Source of the DNA: Candidatus Cloacimonadales bacterium
Lineage (GTDB): Bacteria; Cloacimonadota; Cloacimonadia; Cloacimonadales; JAIOQZ01
DNA length: 64,000 nucleotides
Direction of reading: 5' to 3'
NCBI GenBank assembly: GCA_963662655.2
Contig: CAXXTU010000002.1
Span: 1,120,001 to 1,184,000 of the forward strand
Each line of letters begins with the position of its first letter. Position 1 is the stretch's first letter. The notes beneath the pieces were generated by a model. The model made no database searches, had not been told where the DNA came from, and saw only the letters and a program-made list of their open reading frames with translations. Positions 10,120 through 20,300 of this stretch are shown piece after piece. Made by a program: the position numbers and the translations under genes.

Positions 10120-13119
10120 ATGAAAAAGCTCATTATCATGACTCTCCTGGCGCTGATCACTACCCTCAGCGCCACGCCGATATACATCGCGTTCCTCTGG
10201 CACATGCACCAGCCGATCTACTGGCCCTACGAGAACGTGAACGAGACACAAAACCACGGCTACTACAGCTATTCGCTGTACGATATCTTCAATCAACGTT
10301 ACGGCCCCTATACCACGTGGCCCAAAGACGCGGTGCAATCCGGAATGAACGCCGGATTCCAGCACTTCGGCGCGCAGGTGAGTTTCTCCGGTTCGCTCGT
10401 GGAGAACCTCAACAATCTCGAATCGAACGGGAACGGGAATTTCCAGAACTGGAAATCGAACTGGCAGTACATCGCGAACCAGCAAACCTCGCTGGGAAAT
10501 CCGCGCATGGACATGGTAGGATTCGGCTACCATCACCCGCTCATGGGGCTCATCGATTACGACGACATCCGCCGCCAGATTCAGGGGCACCGCGAGATGC
10601 TTTCCAGCAACGGCATGGGCGGAAACTCCAGCGGCATATTCCCTCCCGAGTGCGCATTCTCCCTCAAGATGATTCCAGCACTCACCGATGAAAATCTCGA
10701 TTGGGTGCTCATAGACAACATCCACCTGGAGCGCACCTGCGAGGGCTATCCGTTCAATACGGGAGGCAACATATACGAACCCAATCAGGCGGACATCCTC
10801 AACCCGAATCCAGGCGACTGGCTTCAGCTCAACGGGCTGTGGGCTCCGACGCAGGTTTCGCTGCAATGGGCGCATGTGCCGCACTATGTTCGGTACATCG
10901 ATCCCGTTACTGGTGACGAGAGCTCCATGATCGCGGTACCGGCGTCGCGATATTTGGGAACGGAGGACGCCCGTGGCGGGTTCGGAGCGCTCAACTACGA
11001 CGATGTCATGAGTCAATTCGAGGATGCCAACACCGATTCCGATCATCCCATCCTGATCGTCCTTCACCACGACGGCGACAACTACGGTGGCGGCACCGAT
11101 TCCTACTATCACAGCAATTTCTCGCAATTCGTGAGTTGGCTTCAAAGCAATCCGGATCGCTTCGTCTGCACGACAATCCAGGACTATCTGGAGATGTTCC
11201 CGCCCGAGACCGGCGACGTCGTCCACGTGGAATCGGGAAGCTGGAGCGGGGCAGACAACGGCGACCCTGAGTTCAAGAAGTGGAATGGCGATCCTTATAG
11301 CGGCTACAGTCCCGACCGCAACAGTTGGGGCGTTATCACCGCAGCGAAGAACATCGTTCAAACCGCTCAACATGTCAATCCCAGCCACAGCGGAACAATC
11401 GCCGGCTGGCGTTTTCTGCTCAACGCTGAAACAAGCTGCTACTGGTACTGGGACGGATCCCAGAACGGCATTTGGGATTCGCATCCCACGCGCGGATCGA
11501 ACCTGGCCGTAGCCTCCGCGCTTACGGTGGCGCAGTCTGGCGAGGACAACACACCGCCCACGATTTACCAGCCGCAGCGCGAGCCTTACAATCCCGGCGG
11601 AAACGAGTGGAATCAGCCGCAGCCGTCCGATTTCACCGTCTGGAGCTACGTCTTCGACATGAGCGGACTCTCGTCTGTCACCCTCAAGTACCGCACGGAC
11701 ATTGATGGGATCAATTCCACGTCCACCAACCACAACGAGACCTTCGCGGGAGGAGCGGACGTAAACGCATGGCAATCGATCGCCATGGACGAGTCATGGA
11801 TCGATTCGCAGACAAACCCCGCGCCAACGTACAAGGCACATGAATACTCAGCCCAAATCACGAGTCAGAATAATGTCCTGATCGACTACTATATAGAAGC
11901 GGTAGATGAGGAAGGAAATATCGCCCGTTCCACCATCGAGCACGTTTTCGTCGGCTCATCGTCAGGTGGCTCGAACCTGAGCTGGGAGCCTGTCAATCCT
12001 ACGGAGGACGACGCAGTAACCATCACCATCACCGGAGTGTCGCAAGGAGCGATGCTGCATTGGGGCGTCAATCCGCAGGGAAGCACATGGCAAACCCCAA
12101 ACGAAGTGTACTGGCCCGATAACTCCAGTCTGTTCAACGGAACGGGCCCGGCCGTGGAAACTCCGTTCAGCGGTCCCGACGAGAACAACGAACTCACGCT
12201 CACCATCGGCCCGTTCAACAACGACGCGCAATCGATTTCCTCCGTATCTTTTGTGCTGCACTATGACGACGACAGCTGGGACAACAACAGCGGTAACGAC
12301 TATAACATTACCATCTCCGGTGGTGGCGGAAGCGAAACATACGTGATGGACGGGCAACTCGATCCCGGTGCGCAAGTGCTGGCGCAAGACGGTTCATACA
12401 CGCTCTACTACGCCTTCAACGGCATCGAATTGTATCTGGCAACCTCCTCGGCCCAAACAACCGGCAACGATACGTTCATCTTTGTCAGCTCATCACCCGG
12501 CGCAATGGTCGACGCACCCTGGGCGAAGGCAGGGCAGGTCGCACAGTGGGACGCTTTCATCGCCAACGAAAGTGCCAATAACTACAGCACCTGGGCCGAT
12601 CAGGACGCGCTTACCTCAATCGCTTGCGGAAGCTACCTGGAAGGCGTCATCAACGTAGATGGAGAGTGGGGATCGTCGGTTACACAACTCTATGCTGCAC
12701 TTGGGCTGTACCACTCCAACGACGACGGCGAACTGGTTTATCAGGCGCCGGCTGGAGACGGAAACGGCGATCTCGAAGCAAACGAATATCAGATGTTCGA
12801 GCTCGACATCACATCCACGGATTCCCCGGATGTCACTCCCGCATCTCTCGTACTCGAGCAAAACGCACCCAATCCCTTCAATCCGGAAACGAGAATACGA
12901 TTCTCCCTGCCGGACGGAAACATGACTAGGCTGGAAATTTACAACATCCGAGGACAGAAGGTAAAAACTCTTGTTAGCCAGTTCATGAGTCAGGGGAATC
13001 ATTCAATTGTCTGGAATGGAAAAGATGATTCAGGGAAACCTGCCGCCAGCGGTATCTATTTGTACAAACTCACCAGCGGTCGCAGCGCTTTGGCAAGGAA
13101 GATGCTGCTGCTGAAATAA
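10120..13119 (+). CDS. Secreted GH57/GH119-like alpha-glucan hydrolase with CBM-like and DOMON-like domains and T9SS-type CTD
   Basis: Signal peptide; FLWHMHQP, FPPECAFS, HDGDN and AETSCYWYW motifs; LHWGVN...WDNNSGNDY starch-binding-like domain; QNAPNPFNP...MLLLK. Confidence 0.8.
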   Translation: MKKLIIMTLLALITTLSATPIYIAFLWHMHQPIYWPYENVNETQNHGYYSYSLYDIFNQRYGPYTTWPKDAVQSGMNAGFQHFGAQVSFSGSLVENLNNLESNGNGNFQNWKSNWQYIANQQTSLGNPRMDMVGFGYHHPLMGLIDYDDIRRQIQGHREMLSSNGMGGNSSGIFPPECAFSLKMIPALTDENLDWVLIDNIHLERTCEGYPFNTGGNIYEPNQADILNPNPGDWLQLNGLWAPTQVSLQWAHVPHYVRYIDPVTGDESSMIAVPASRYLGTEDARGGFGALNYDDVMSQFEDANTDSDHPILIVLHHDGDNYGGGTDSYYHSNFSQFVSWLQSNPDRFVCTTIQDYLEMFPPETGDVVHVESGSWSGADNGDPEFKKWNGDPYSGYSPDRNSWGVITAAKNIVQTAQHVNPSHSGTIAGWRFLLNAETSCYWYWDGSQNGIWDSHPTRGSNLAVASALTVAQSGEDNTPPTIYQPQREPYNPGGNEWNQPQPSDFTVWSYVFDMSGLSSVTLKYRTDIDGINSTSTNHNETFAGGADVNAWQSIAMDESWIDSQTNPAPTYKAHEYSAQITSQNNVLIDYYIEAVDEEGNIARSTIEHVFVGSSSGGSNLSWEPVNPTEDDAVTITITGVSQGAMLHWGVNPQGSTWQTPNEVYWPDNSSLFNGTGPAVETPFSGPDENNELTLTIGPFNNDAQSISSVSFVLHYDDDSWDNNSGNDYNITISGGGGSETYVMDGQLDPGAQVLAQDGSYTLYYAFNGIELYLATSSAQTTGNDTFIFVSSSPGAMVDAPWAKAGQVAQWDAFIANESANNYSTWADQDALTSIACGSYLEGVINVDGEWGSSVTQLYAALGLYHSNDDGELVYQAPAGDGNGDLEANEYQMFELDITSTDSPDVTPASLVLEQNAPNPFNPETRIRFSLPDGNMTRLEIYNIRGQKVKTLVSQFMSQGNHSIVWNGKDDSGKPAASGIYLYKLTSGRSALARKMLLLK

Positions 13120-13133
13120 TACCAATAAGCCAA

Positions 13134-13288
13134 GGCGTGAGAGAATTCGTTCGATCAGACAGTGAAGACGTGGTGTTACACGATGCAATGCGTGCGGAAA
13201 GATTTGATTTTGCCGATTATCGCCATCCACGCATGGAATCGTGTTATATCCACGGCGGAACGGGCTGATCGGGCGAAGGCTCCACGCC
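13134..13288 (+). repeat. Family-2 long-hairpin element, copy 1
   Basis: ATTCGTTCGATC...GGTGTTACAC...GTGTTATATCC...GATCGGGCGAAG; boxes shared with 33444-33571. Confidence 0.8.
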
Positions 13289-13295
13289 GACACGA

Positions 13296-13325
13296 ATAAA
13301 TAAAGGGCGCAAACTCGTTGCGCCC
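13296..13325 (-). terminator. Intrinsic terminator between convergent genes
   Basis: GGGCGCAA-actcg-TTGCGCCC with a T-rich tail on the minus strand. Confidence 0.7.
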
Positions 13326-13348
13326 CCTAACTATATTTTTCCGTTCCG

Positions 13349-16342
13349 CTATTTCAATAACAGCGCTTTGTGGATTTGCGTCGTGTTTCCGGCCTTGAAC
13401 TTGATAAGGTAAACGCCGGAAGCGACCTTCTTGTTCGTATTGTCAATTCCGTTCCAAACAACGTGGTGGGTACCTGCTGGCATCGTCTCATCGAGCACGG
13501 TACGAACCTTTTGCCCACGTACGTTGAAGACTTCAATGCTCGTTTTCTCAGGCTGCTTCAACGAGAAGCTGATGTTCGCCTCGGGATTGAACGGATTCGG
13601 GTAAATCGCGTTTACGCCCGTGTAGGCCGGAACCCCATCTCCGCCTGCTCCTTCCGACCAGATGTATTGGGCCGTAGCAGACGGATCCGATTCCAGCCCG
13701 GAGTTATCCACCGTCACCACGTAGAATTCGTAGGTTCCCGGATCGTCGAGCATATAGAAGAACTGGAGCCCATGCGAGGTTCCGATCAGTGCATCTTCTT
13801 CGCCATTGTTCATATAGACGTTCATGTATGCGAAGTCGTTGATATCCTCCATCTCCCACGAGAGGACAATATCGCCTTCGTTTCCGGTCACATTGAGGTT
13901 CACGGCAGCCGGCGGAATGGTATTTTCTGCGCCGAAATGGATTTCCCCGTAAAACTGTGGCTTGAAGATGTTCATCATCGTCGCTGGCCACCAGGCATTG
14001 AAGGTGGACGGATCGTCGAGTACGAACAGACCGATCCCGGAGACGTTTCCTTCGCCGGGCTGGATGTAATTGTACTGATTTCCGATCGGAATCGCGAATT
14101 CGTAGTCGATCATTGTTCCATTCTCCACGACCGCGACTTGCCAGTCGGTATATTCTTCGACGGTCCCCACACCGCTTGGATCAAAGCAGGGACGATACCG
14201 CATGACATCTCCCGAAGCATAATGCACGGCCCAGAAGTTTCCTTCCGAAAGATCCTCGGAGCCATTTGCCGGGAATACGCCATCGTTGTTGTCATCGATG
14301 TAAACACCAACCTCGTCATGATCTTCGAACACGCCATCCACGCCATTCGAGACGGCGATGTAGAGATTCTCCATTGTACTATCGACTTTGAATCTTGCGG
14401 TAACGCCCATGAGATTATATGGAAGATTATCGCTCTGGCCGAGAACATCGCCGCAGTAGAGCAGGAAAGCGTCCGCCCACTCGGCCTCGTCGATCGAACC
14501 GTCAATCGTGGGAACCGTTCCGACATAAGCGTCGATCCGGTTCGTGATGTGACTCGTCGAGCACCATCCGGTAGCGAGACTCGAGTACGGCGTTTCGACA
14601 CCGTCGATGATGGCCGTCACCACGTAATGATATTCCTCGAGAGGCGTAACATCATAGTCGTCAAAGGTCGGGCTTGTAGCTGAGCCGATTGGCTCTGCCG
14701 GGAATGGTTCGCTGAGGTAGTCCTTGCGATAGATGTTGTAAGAATCCACTTCCACATCTTCCGGTGGATCCCAGTCGAGACGAATCCACGGTGCGTACGA
14801 CTGGCTGGCGACCAGATCGGTCGGAGGCATGCCGTTCGGCGTGAGGGTGAAATCGGCGTTCGCAATCTCGCCTTCGTTGAACGAAACAGCCACCGTCACC
14901 GGCTGGAAACCGGTCTTGGAAGCTTTCACCATATAGGTTTGCGCCGGGACGTAGCGGATCAGGTAATCGCCGGTCTCATCCGTGTAGGCCATGTAGTCGT
15001 CAACATCCAGAACCTCGACCACGGCTTGGGAGTGATCTTCGAAACCATCGAGCGTGACATTCCCCATGAGGAAGCCGCCTTCCGGCGTGGCGTTGAGGCT
15101 GTAAAGCAAGCCACCGCTGCCCATTACGCGAGCGTGAACGGCCTTTCCTCCAACCATGCACATGCCTGCATCGTCGGAGAGCTCCACCGAGCTGATCGAG
15201 CCGGGCGTATTGAGTGTATAGATCGGTTCGCTGCTTCCGCGACGGAACAGATAGAAGTCCGGTCCCGAGTGATCCAGCGGACCGTATCCGCCGGCGGCGA
15301 TCACGGAACCGTCGTATGAGATATCTACATCAACTACATAGTCGCCGCAGTTCTGGTAAATCCACAATGGCTCAGGGATGTTCACATCGAAGACATAGAC
15401 TTCCCCGTCGTAACCCTCGCTGAGAAACATCAGCGTACCAACGGCAATCGTGGATCCGTCGCCGGAAACCGCCATGCCGCCAACCCACGCGCTGGAGCCG
15501 TTGACATGATAGTTCCAGAGCTCCTCGTACGTTGCGCCGGTTCTGCCGTACACATGAATGTAACCCGAATAGTCGCCGTTTACGATGATCGAGCCGTCAT
15601 ATGAGATCGCCGGAGGATTCTGGTTGTATTCCGTGTCGGTGAAGAGGACATTGCCGTCCTCGGCGTTGAGAACGATCATGTTGCTGTTATCGCCACCGTA
15701 CTGCGTGAAAACCAACGTCTGGTTGTCCCCGCTCAACGAAAGCGTTCCCGAGCTGCCTTCAACGGACATGCTCCAGATTTCCCCCTCGCTGATGGAAATC
15801 GCCTTGATTTCGGCATGATCGCCGACTGCGCCGGAGCAATAAACGATGGCCCCGTCGTTGGTGATAAAAACATTGTTGATCGACGCTCCCACGATCTGGT
15901 GTTCCCAGACCGGCGTTCCCATCGAGGCGTTGAAGCCCCAAATGTAGCTTCCCGCCCCGAGAACCGCGTAACCTTCAGGCGTCATGTCGAGCGGATAATC
16001 GAATCCCGGATCTTCAAAAGTATAATCCCAGAGCGCGGCATTGCTATCCTGATACATGCTCATCCGGACGTTGTTCAGATACCACCCGGCAGCCACGTAT
16101 CCCGTTTCTTCAGCCAGCGCCAGGTTGCCGCAGATTGCTGCTTCGTCCGTTGTATACCATAACTCCTGAATCCGGTTGTCGCGATCGTATATAATCGATT
16201 CCGCCACCGGTTGGGATACGGCGTCGCCATACTCGAACCTGGCTCCACTCTCAGGGTCCGTCACCACCTTAGTCCCGACAGCCGCATACGCTATCGAGAA
16301 CACCCACAGGAAAACCGCAACGCATACAATTGCTCTTTTCAT
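13349..16342 (-). CDS. Secreted multidomain protein: beta-propeller, carboxypeptidase-regulatory-like Ig, Fn3, DOMON/CBM9-like, Fn3, T9SS-type CTD
   Basis: Signal peptide; repeated S(G/Y)DGSxI...LW blades; PPTDL...LDW...YNIYR; PTIDGSIDEAEW; IYPNPFNP...ALLLK. Confidence 0.75.
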   Translation of the reverse strand: MKRAIVCVAVFLWVFSIAYAAVGTKVVTDPESGARFEYGDAVSQPVAESIIYDRDNRIQELWYTTDEAAICGNLALAEETGYVAAGWYLNNVRMSMYQDSNAALWDYTFEDPGFDYPLDMTPEGYAVLGAGSYIWGFNASMGTPVWEHQIVGASINNVFITNDGAIVYCSGAVGDHAEIKAISISEGEIWSMSVEGSSGTLSLSGDNQTLVFTQYGGDNSNMIVLNAEDGNVLFTDTEYNQNPPAISYDGSIIVNGDYSGYIHVYGRTGATYEELWNYHVNGSSAWVGGMAVSGDGSTIAVGTLMFLSEGYDGEVYVFDVNIPEPLWIYQNCGDYVVDVDISYDGSVIAAGGYGPLDHSGPDFYLFRRGSSEPIYTLNTPGSISSVELSDDAGMCMVGGKAVHARVMGSGGLLYSLNATPEGGFLMGNVTLDGFEDHSQAVVEVLDVDDYMAYTDETGDYLIRYVPAQTYMVKASKTGFQPVTVAVSFNEGEIANADFTLTPNGMPPTDLVASQSYAPWIRLDWDPPEDVEVDSYNIYRKDYLSEPFPAEPIGSATSPTFDDYDVTPLEEYHYVVTAIIDGVETPYSSLATGWCSTSHITNRIDAYVGTVPTIDGSIDEAEWADAFLLYCGDVLGQSDNLPYNLMGVTARFKVDSTMENLYIAVSNGVDGVFEDHDEVGVYIDDNNDGVFPANGSEDLSEGNFWAVHYASGDVMRYRPCFDPSGVGTVEEYTDWQVAVVENGTMIDYEFAIPIGNQYNYIQPGEGNVSGIGLFVLDDPSTFNAWWPATMMNIFKPQFYGEIHFGAENTIPPAAVNLNVTGNEGDIVLSWEMEDINDFAYMNVYMNNGEEDALIGTSHGLQFFYMLDDPGTYEFYVVTVDNSGLESDPSATAQYIWSEGAGGDGVPAYTGVNAIYPNPFNPEANISFSLKQPEKTSIEVFNVRGQKVRTVLDETMPAGTHHVVWNGIDNTNKKVASGVYLIKFKAGNTTQIHKALLLK

Positions 16343-16369
16343 TGTTCCTCCTCGAAGTGAAAGATTTTT

Positions 16370-16741
16370 TTATTTGCCACCTAATATCTCAATAATATTA
16401 CCCGAAGGATCGTAAAATTGAAACCAGTAATCGCCCTGCCCCATATCCATAGGTTCACTTTGTATTATTTTCGTGTGGTTCTGTCGTAAATGATCAAATG
16501 TCTTCCACGCGGATTTCACGGAAAGCGCAAACGTGGCTCGTGTTCTGTCCTGCTTGAGATTCTGCGCCTTATTGCCTCCTTGAAGGTAAAGTCCCGGATT
16601 CTCGCCGATCGCGAGAAACGCGGCATCATTTCCCATCTCGGTCAATTTCTCGAGGCCGAGGACATCTTTGTAGAACGAGAGAGATTTATCGAAATCATCA
16701 ACATAAACCGAAACAAATGCAATCCCTTTGACGTGAATCAT
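16370..16741 (-). CDS. VOC/glyoxalase family protein
   Basis: VSVYVDDFDKSLSFYKDVLGL and FYDPSGNIIEI; GGGAGG SD before ATG 16741. Confidence 0.88.
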   Translation of the reverse strand: MIHVKGIAFVSVYVDDFDKSLSFYKDVLGLEKLTEMGNDAAFLAIGENPGLYLQGGNKAQNLKQDRTRATFALSVKSAWKTFDHLRQNHTKIIQSEPMDMGQGDYWFQFYDPSGNIIEILGGK

Positions 16742-16852
16742 GAAGCCTCCCTGTATGTTAAGCATTCGTGCATTGAATATTCCAATCTTAATAAAAAAGC
16801 GAACCGGTGTCAACCGATTCGCTTAAATATTTCAACGGGTCCCGAAAGAGGA

Positions 16853-17341
16853 TCAATATTCTTCTTTGTGATGGAACTCCGCATCCTCCACCCATTGATT
16901 GGGGCGGCTTACATGCTCGATGATGTTCTCCAGAATCCGGCGATGTTTTTCCTCTTCGGCGATAATCTTTCTTATAAGGGCTTTCTCGTCTTCGTTCTCC
17001 ATATCTGCCAGCGCTTTGACATAGAGATCGATCGAGTTCTCTTCCATTTCCAGCGCCTGGTTGTACAGATTGAGCTGATCCTGCCCACAATCGATCTCGA
17101 CATTCTCTTTCCGCATTTTCGCGAAGATATTATCCGCCTCCGTCAGCACGGTAGTCGAGGCCATCGTGCCCGGATTGGACTGCTGTATCGACATAAAAAC
17201 TCTGCGGTGCTTGCTCTCATCGTCGGCAAGCATGTTCAGGATATAGCTCATCCCGCTGCCTTGCTCACAGTTGTTCGAGAGCATACGATAGAAAATCTCA
17301 CCGTCTTTCTCCATCTGGATCGCAAAATCGAGACTTTGCAT
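16853..17341 (-). CDS. Ferritin-like/rubrerythrin family protein
   Basis: Duplicated A..ME...Y / ExxH diiron pattern (DESKH, EEKH). Confidence 0.88.
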   Translation of the reverse strand: MQSLDFAIQMEKDGEIFYRMLSNNCEQGSGMSYILNMLADDESKHRRVFMSIQQSNPGTMASTTVLTEADNIFAKMRKENVEIDCGQDQLNLYNQALEMEENSIDLYVKALADMENEDEKALIRKIIAEEEKHRRILENIIEHVSRPNQWVEDAEFHHKEEY

Positions 17342-17361
17342 GAAACCTCCCGCCTGGTTGG

Positions 17362-20300
17362 CTATTTTAGTATCGCTCCTGTCTGGCCTTCCAGTGAGAG
17401 CGTAACCTTGCCGCCGTCGACCTTGTATGTCTTACCGGTCATGAGGTCGGTTAGTTGAGCGCTTTTCACGGGGACATCCACGGTGATGTTACGAGGTGAG
17501 GTCTCGTTGTTGATTACTACGACGATTTCCTCGCCCTTGTACTCGCGCAGGAAGGAGTAGATTTTCTCCTTGGCTAGAAGCGTGTGGAAGTCACCCTTGG
17601 TGAGGGCCTTGTTTTCCTTACGAATCTTGATAAGCTTCTTGTAGTACTCGCGAAGCGCAACGCGATCTTGATTTTCCGTGTAGTTCCATTCGAACGGTCT
17701 GCGGCAATCCGGATCGTGCGCGCCCATCATTCCGATCTCGTCTCCGTACCATATATGCGGAGCGCCGACGTAGGTCATCTGGAAGAATGCGGCCATCTTG
17801 AGCTTGTTCACGTCGCCGCCGGCTGTCTCGAGATAGCGGTGCGTGTCGTGGCTGTCGATGAGATTCATCATCGCCTGGGTGGATTGGGTCGGATAGGTTA
17901 GCAATCCGGGCTTGAGATCGCGATCGAATGTCTTCGCGCTGCAGTTGCGCTGGTTGAAGAAGCGCTGCACCGGATCCTTGAAATAGGCATAGTTCATCAC
18001 GGCGTCGAAGTAGTCGTTGTTAACCCAGTCAACAGCGTTGCTCCAGATTTCACCAACGAGGTATGCGTCCGGTTTGACCTCTTTCACGCGTTCGCGGAAG
18101 AGTCTCCAGAACCAGAAAGGAACCTCGTTGGGGACATCAAGACGGAATCCGTCGAAACCGACATCGCCGATCCAGTAATCGACGAGGCCGAGAATGTAGT
18201 CCACCACCGGCTTGTTCGGCTGCGCCTGCGTGATATCCTTCACCGAATTCTCCGATGCGCTTGGGCGACTCTTGTCGTAATCGAGGTCGGGCATTTCGCC
18301 GAATCCCCACCAGCACTCGTAGTAATCGGCAGGCTTGTAGTTGCTTTCGGGAAGCGGCCATTTTTTCCACTCGTACCATTCGTAGTACTCGGAAGCGGGA
18401 CCATTCTTCTTACCGTCCTGGAATGCCCAGAACGTATCGCCCGTATGGTTGAACGCGACATCGAGGATCACGTGGATTCCCAGATCGTGCGCGTCTTTGA
18501 TGAAATCTTTGAGCTGCTGCTCGGTACCGAAGTGCGGGTCCATCTTCATGTAATCGGCTGCGTCGTACTTGTGATTTGAACGAGCCTGGAAGATCGGATT
18601 GAAGTAAATAATGGTGATGCCGAGATCGTGCAGGTAATCCAGCTTCTGGTGGATGCCGACGATATCTCCTCCGTAGAATGCCCACCAGTCCGGCTTTCCT
18701 TCCGGATGATACGGATTGCTGGTGAGCGGAGCGACGTCGTACCAGTCCTCGATCAAGCGATAATATACCTGATCCTTTTTCAGCTTCTTGCCTTTGGGCG
18801 GAGGGGTACGCATTCCGTCGTAATACCACTCGGAAAAGTCGGGATCGTTGTACTTGCTTCCATTGTAGAAACGTTCCGGGAATATCTGATAGATCACGCC
18901 CTCTTTAACCCAATTCGGGGTGATGAAGGGTTCCAAACCTGCTACCGGGTAGTGGAACAGCTTCGCATTGTTCAGGGTCTCGGCGATCTCGCCTTCGAGA
19001 AGGTAGAACTTCTTCGGACCATCGTGATAGACAAAGCAGTAATCGAAGGCTTCATCCGGATTCTTCAGTTCGACGAAAATCCGGTAGTATTCAAAGCTTC
19101 CATCTTCGGAAACGAGCTTCATCGGGAGTTCCTTACCGTCTTTCCAGAAGGTCACGTTCTCCACGTCGCCAAGGTGAGCCTTCGTCTTGAACTCAACGGT
19201 TTTTTCCGAGAGCGGATTCACCGTTTCGATCGACTGATCGGTCGAGATGCCGTAGGTGAGCATCTGGCCGTCGGCGACTTCCAGCGTGACCATCGGGAAG
19301 GTCTCGTCCACGAGCACCACAGAATTCTTTCCGCCGAAACCGTCATCGGCAAAGCGCTGCGCATTGGAATCGTGCAGCCATTCGATGCCGTCGACCACGA
19401 ACTTGTAATGGTATTCGTCCGGCTTGAGCAGCATGACGATCTCGAAGGTTCCGTCGCCGTTGTCGAGCATCCTGTCTTCTTTCTGGTTCCAGGCGTTGAA
19501 TGAGCCGGCGAGGTAGACTTCCTTGACCGGTTTGCCCGGAGTGTAGCGGAATTTCACCTTGCGAAGCGCATTCAGTTCCTTGGGATCGCCGGCGTAAACG
19601 ACAGAGTTCTGTCCGCCGTAACCGTCTCCGACGAACTCTTCCGCGCTCTCGTCCGCAAGCCAGTTGTCGTCCACAACAAACTTGTAGGCGTACTTGCCGG
19701 GCTGGAGATCGATGGTCGTGGAATACTCGCCACTCACTTCCTTCATTTTGTTCGCGGTTGGCGACCAGTTATTGAAATCGCCGGCCACATAGATATCATG
19801 CTTACCACCGATAAGAGGCTGGTAGGTGAATGTGACGGGTATAGCGCCCTGCGGAGATTTTTCCTGCGTCTTCGTTGCCACTTTCTTCACTCCTGTATCT
19901 TTACCCTCTCCGACAACCAGCACCGAATTCTGGCCGCCATAGCCATCGTCCATAACGTTGGAGTTGTTGGGATCGGGTTTCCAATCGGAACCGTTTACTA
20001 CGAATTTATACTGATATTCGCCCGGTGTCAAATCCAAAGTTACCGACCAGGTATCTCCGTCTTGCATCATCGGGGTTGCGGCCATGTCCCAGTTGTTGAA
20101 ATCGCCGGCAATGTTCACGGATGACGCGCCGGCGTCCGAATAAGTAACAACGGTTCCTTTACCTGAAACCGGTTTCTTTGCCGGGGCTTTTTTCTCAGCT
20201 TTCTTCGCTTCGCCTCCGACATTAACCACGGAATTCTTTCCGCCGTAGCCGTCGTCTGCCGTGTTGGGATTGTCGGGATCGGCAACCCAGTCAGAGCCGT

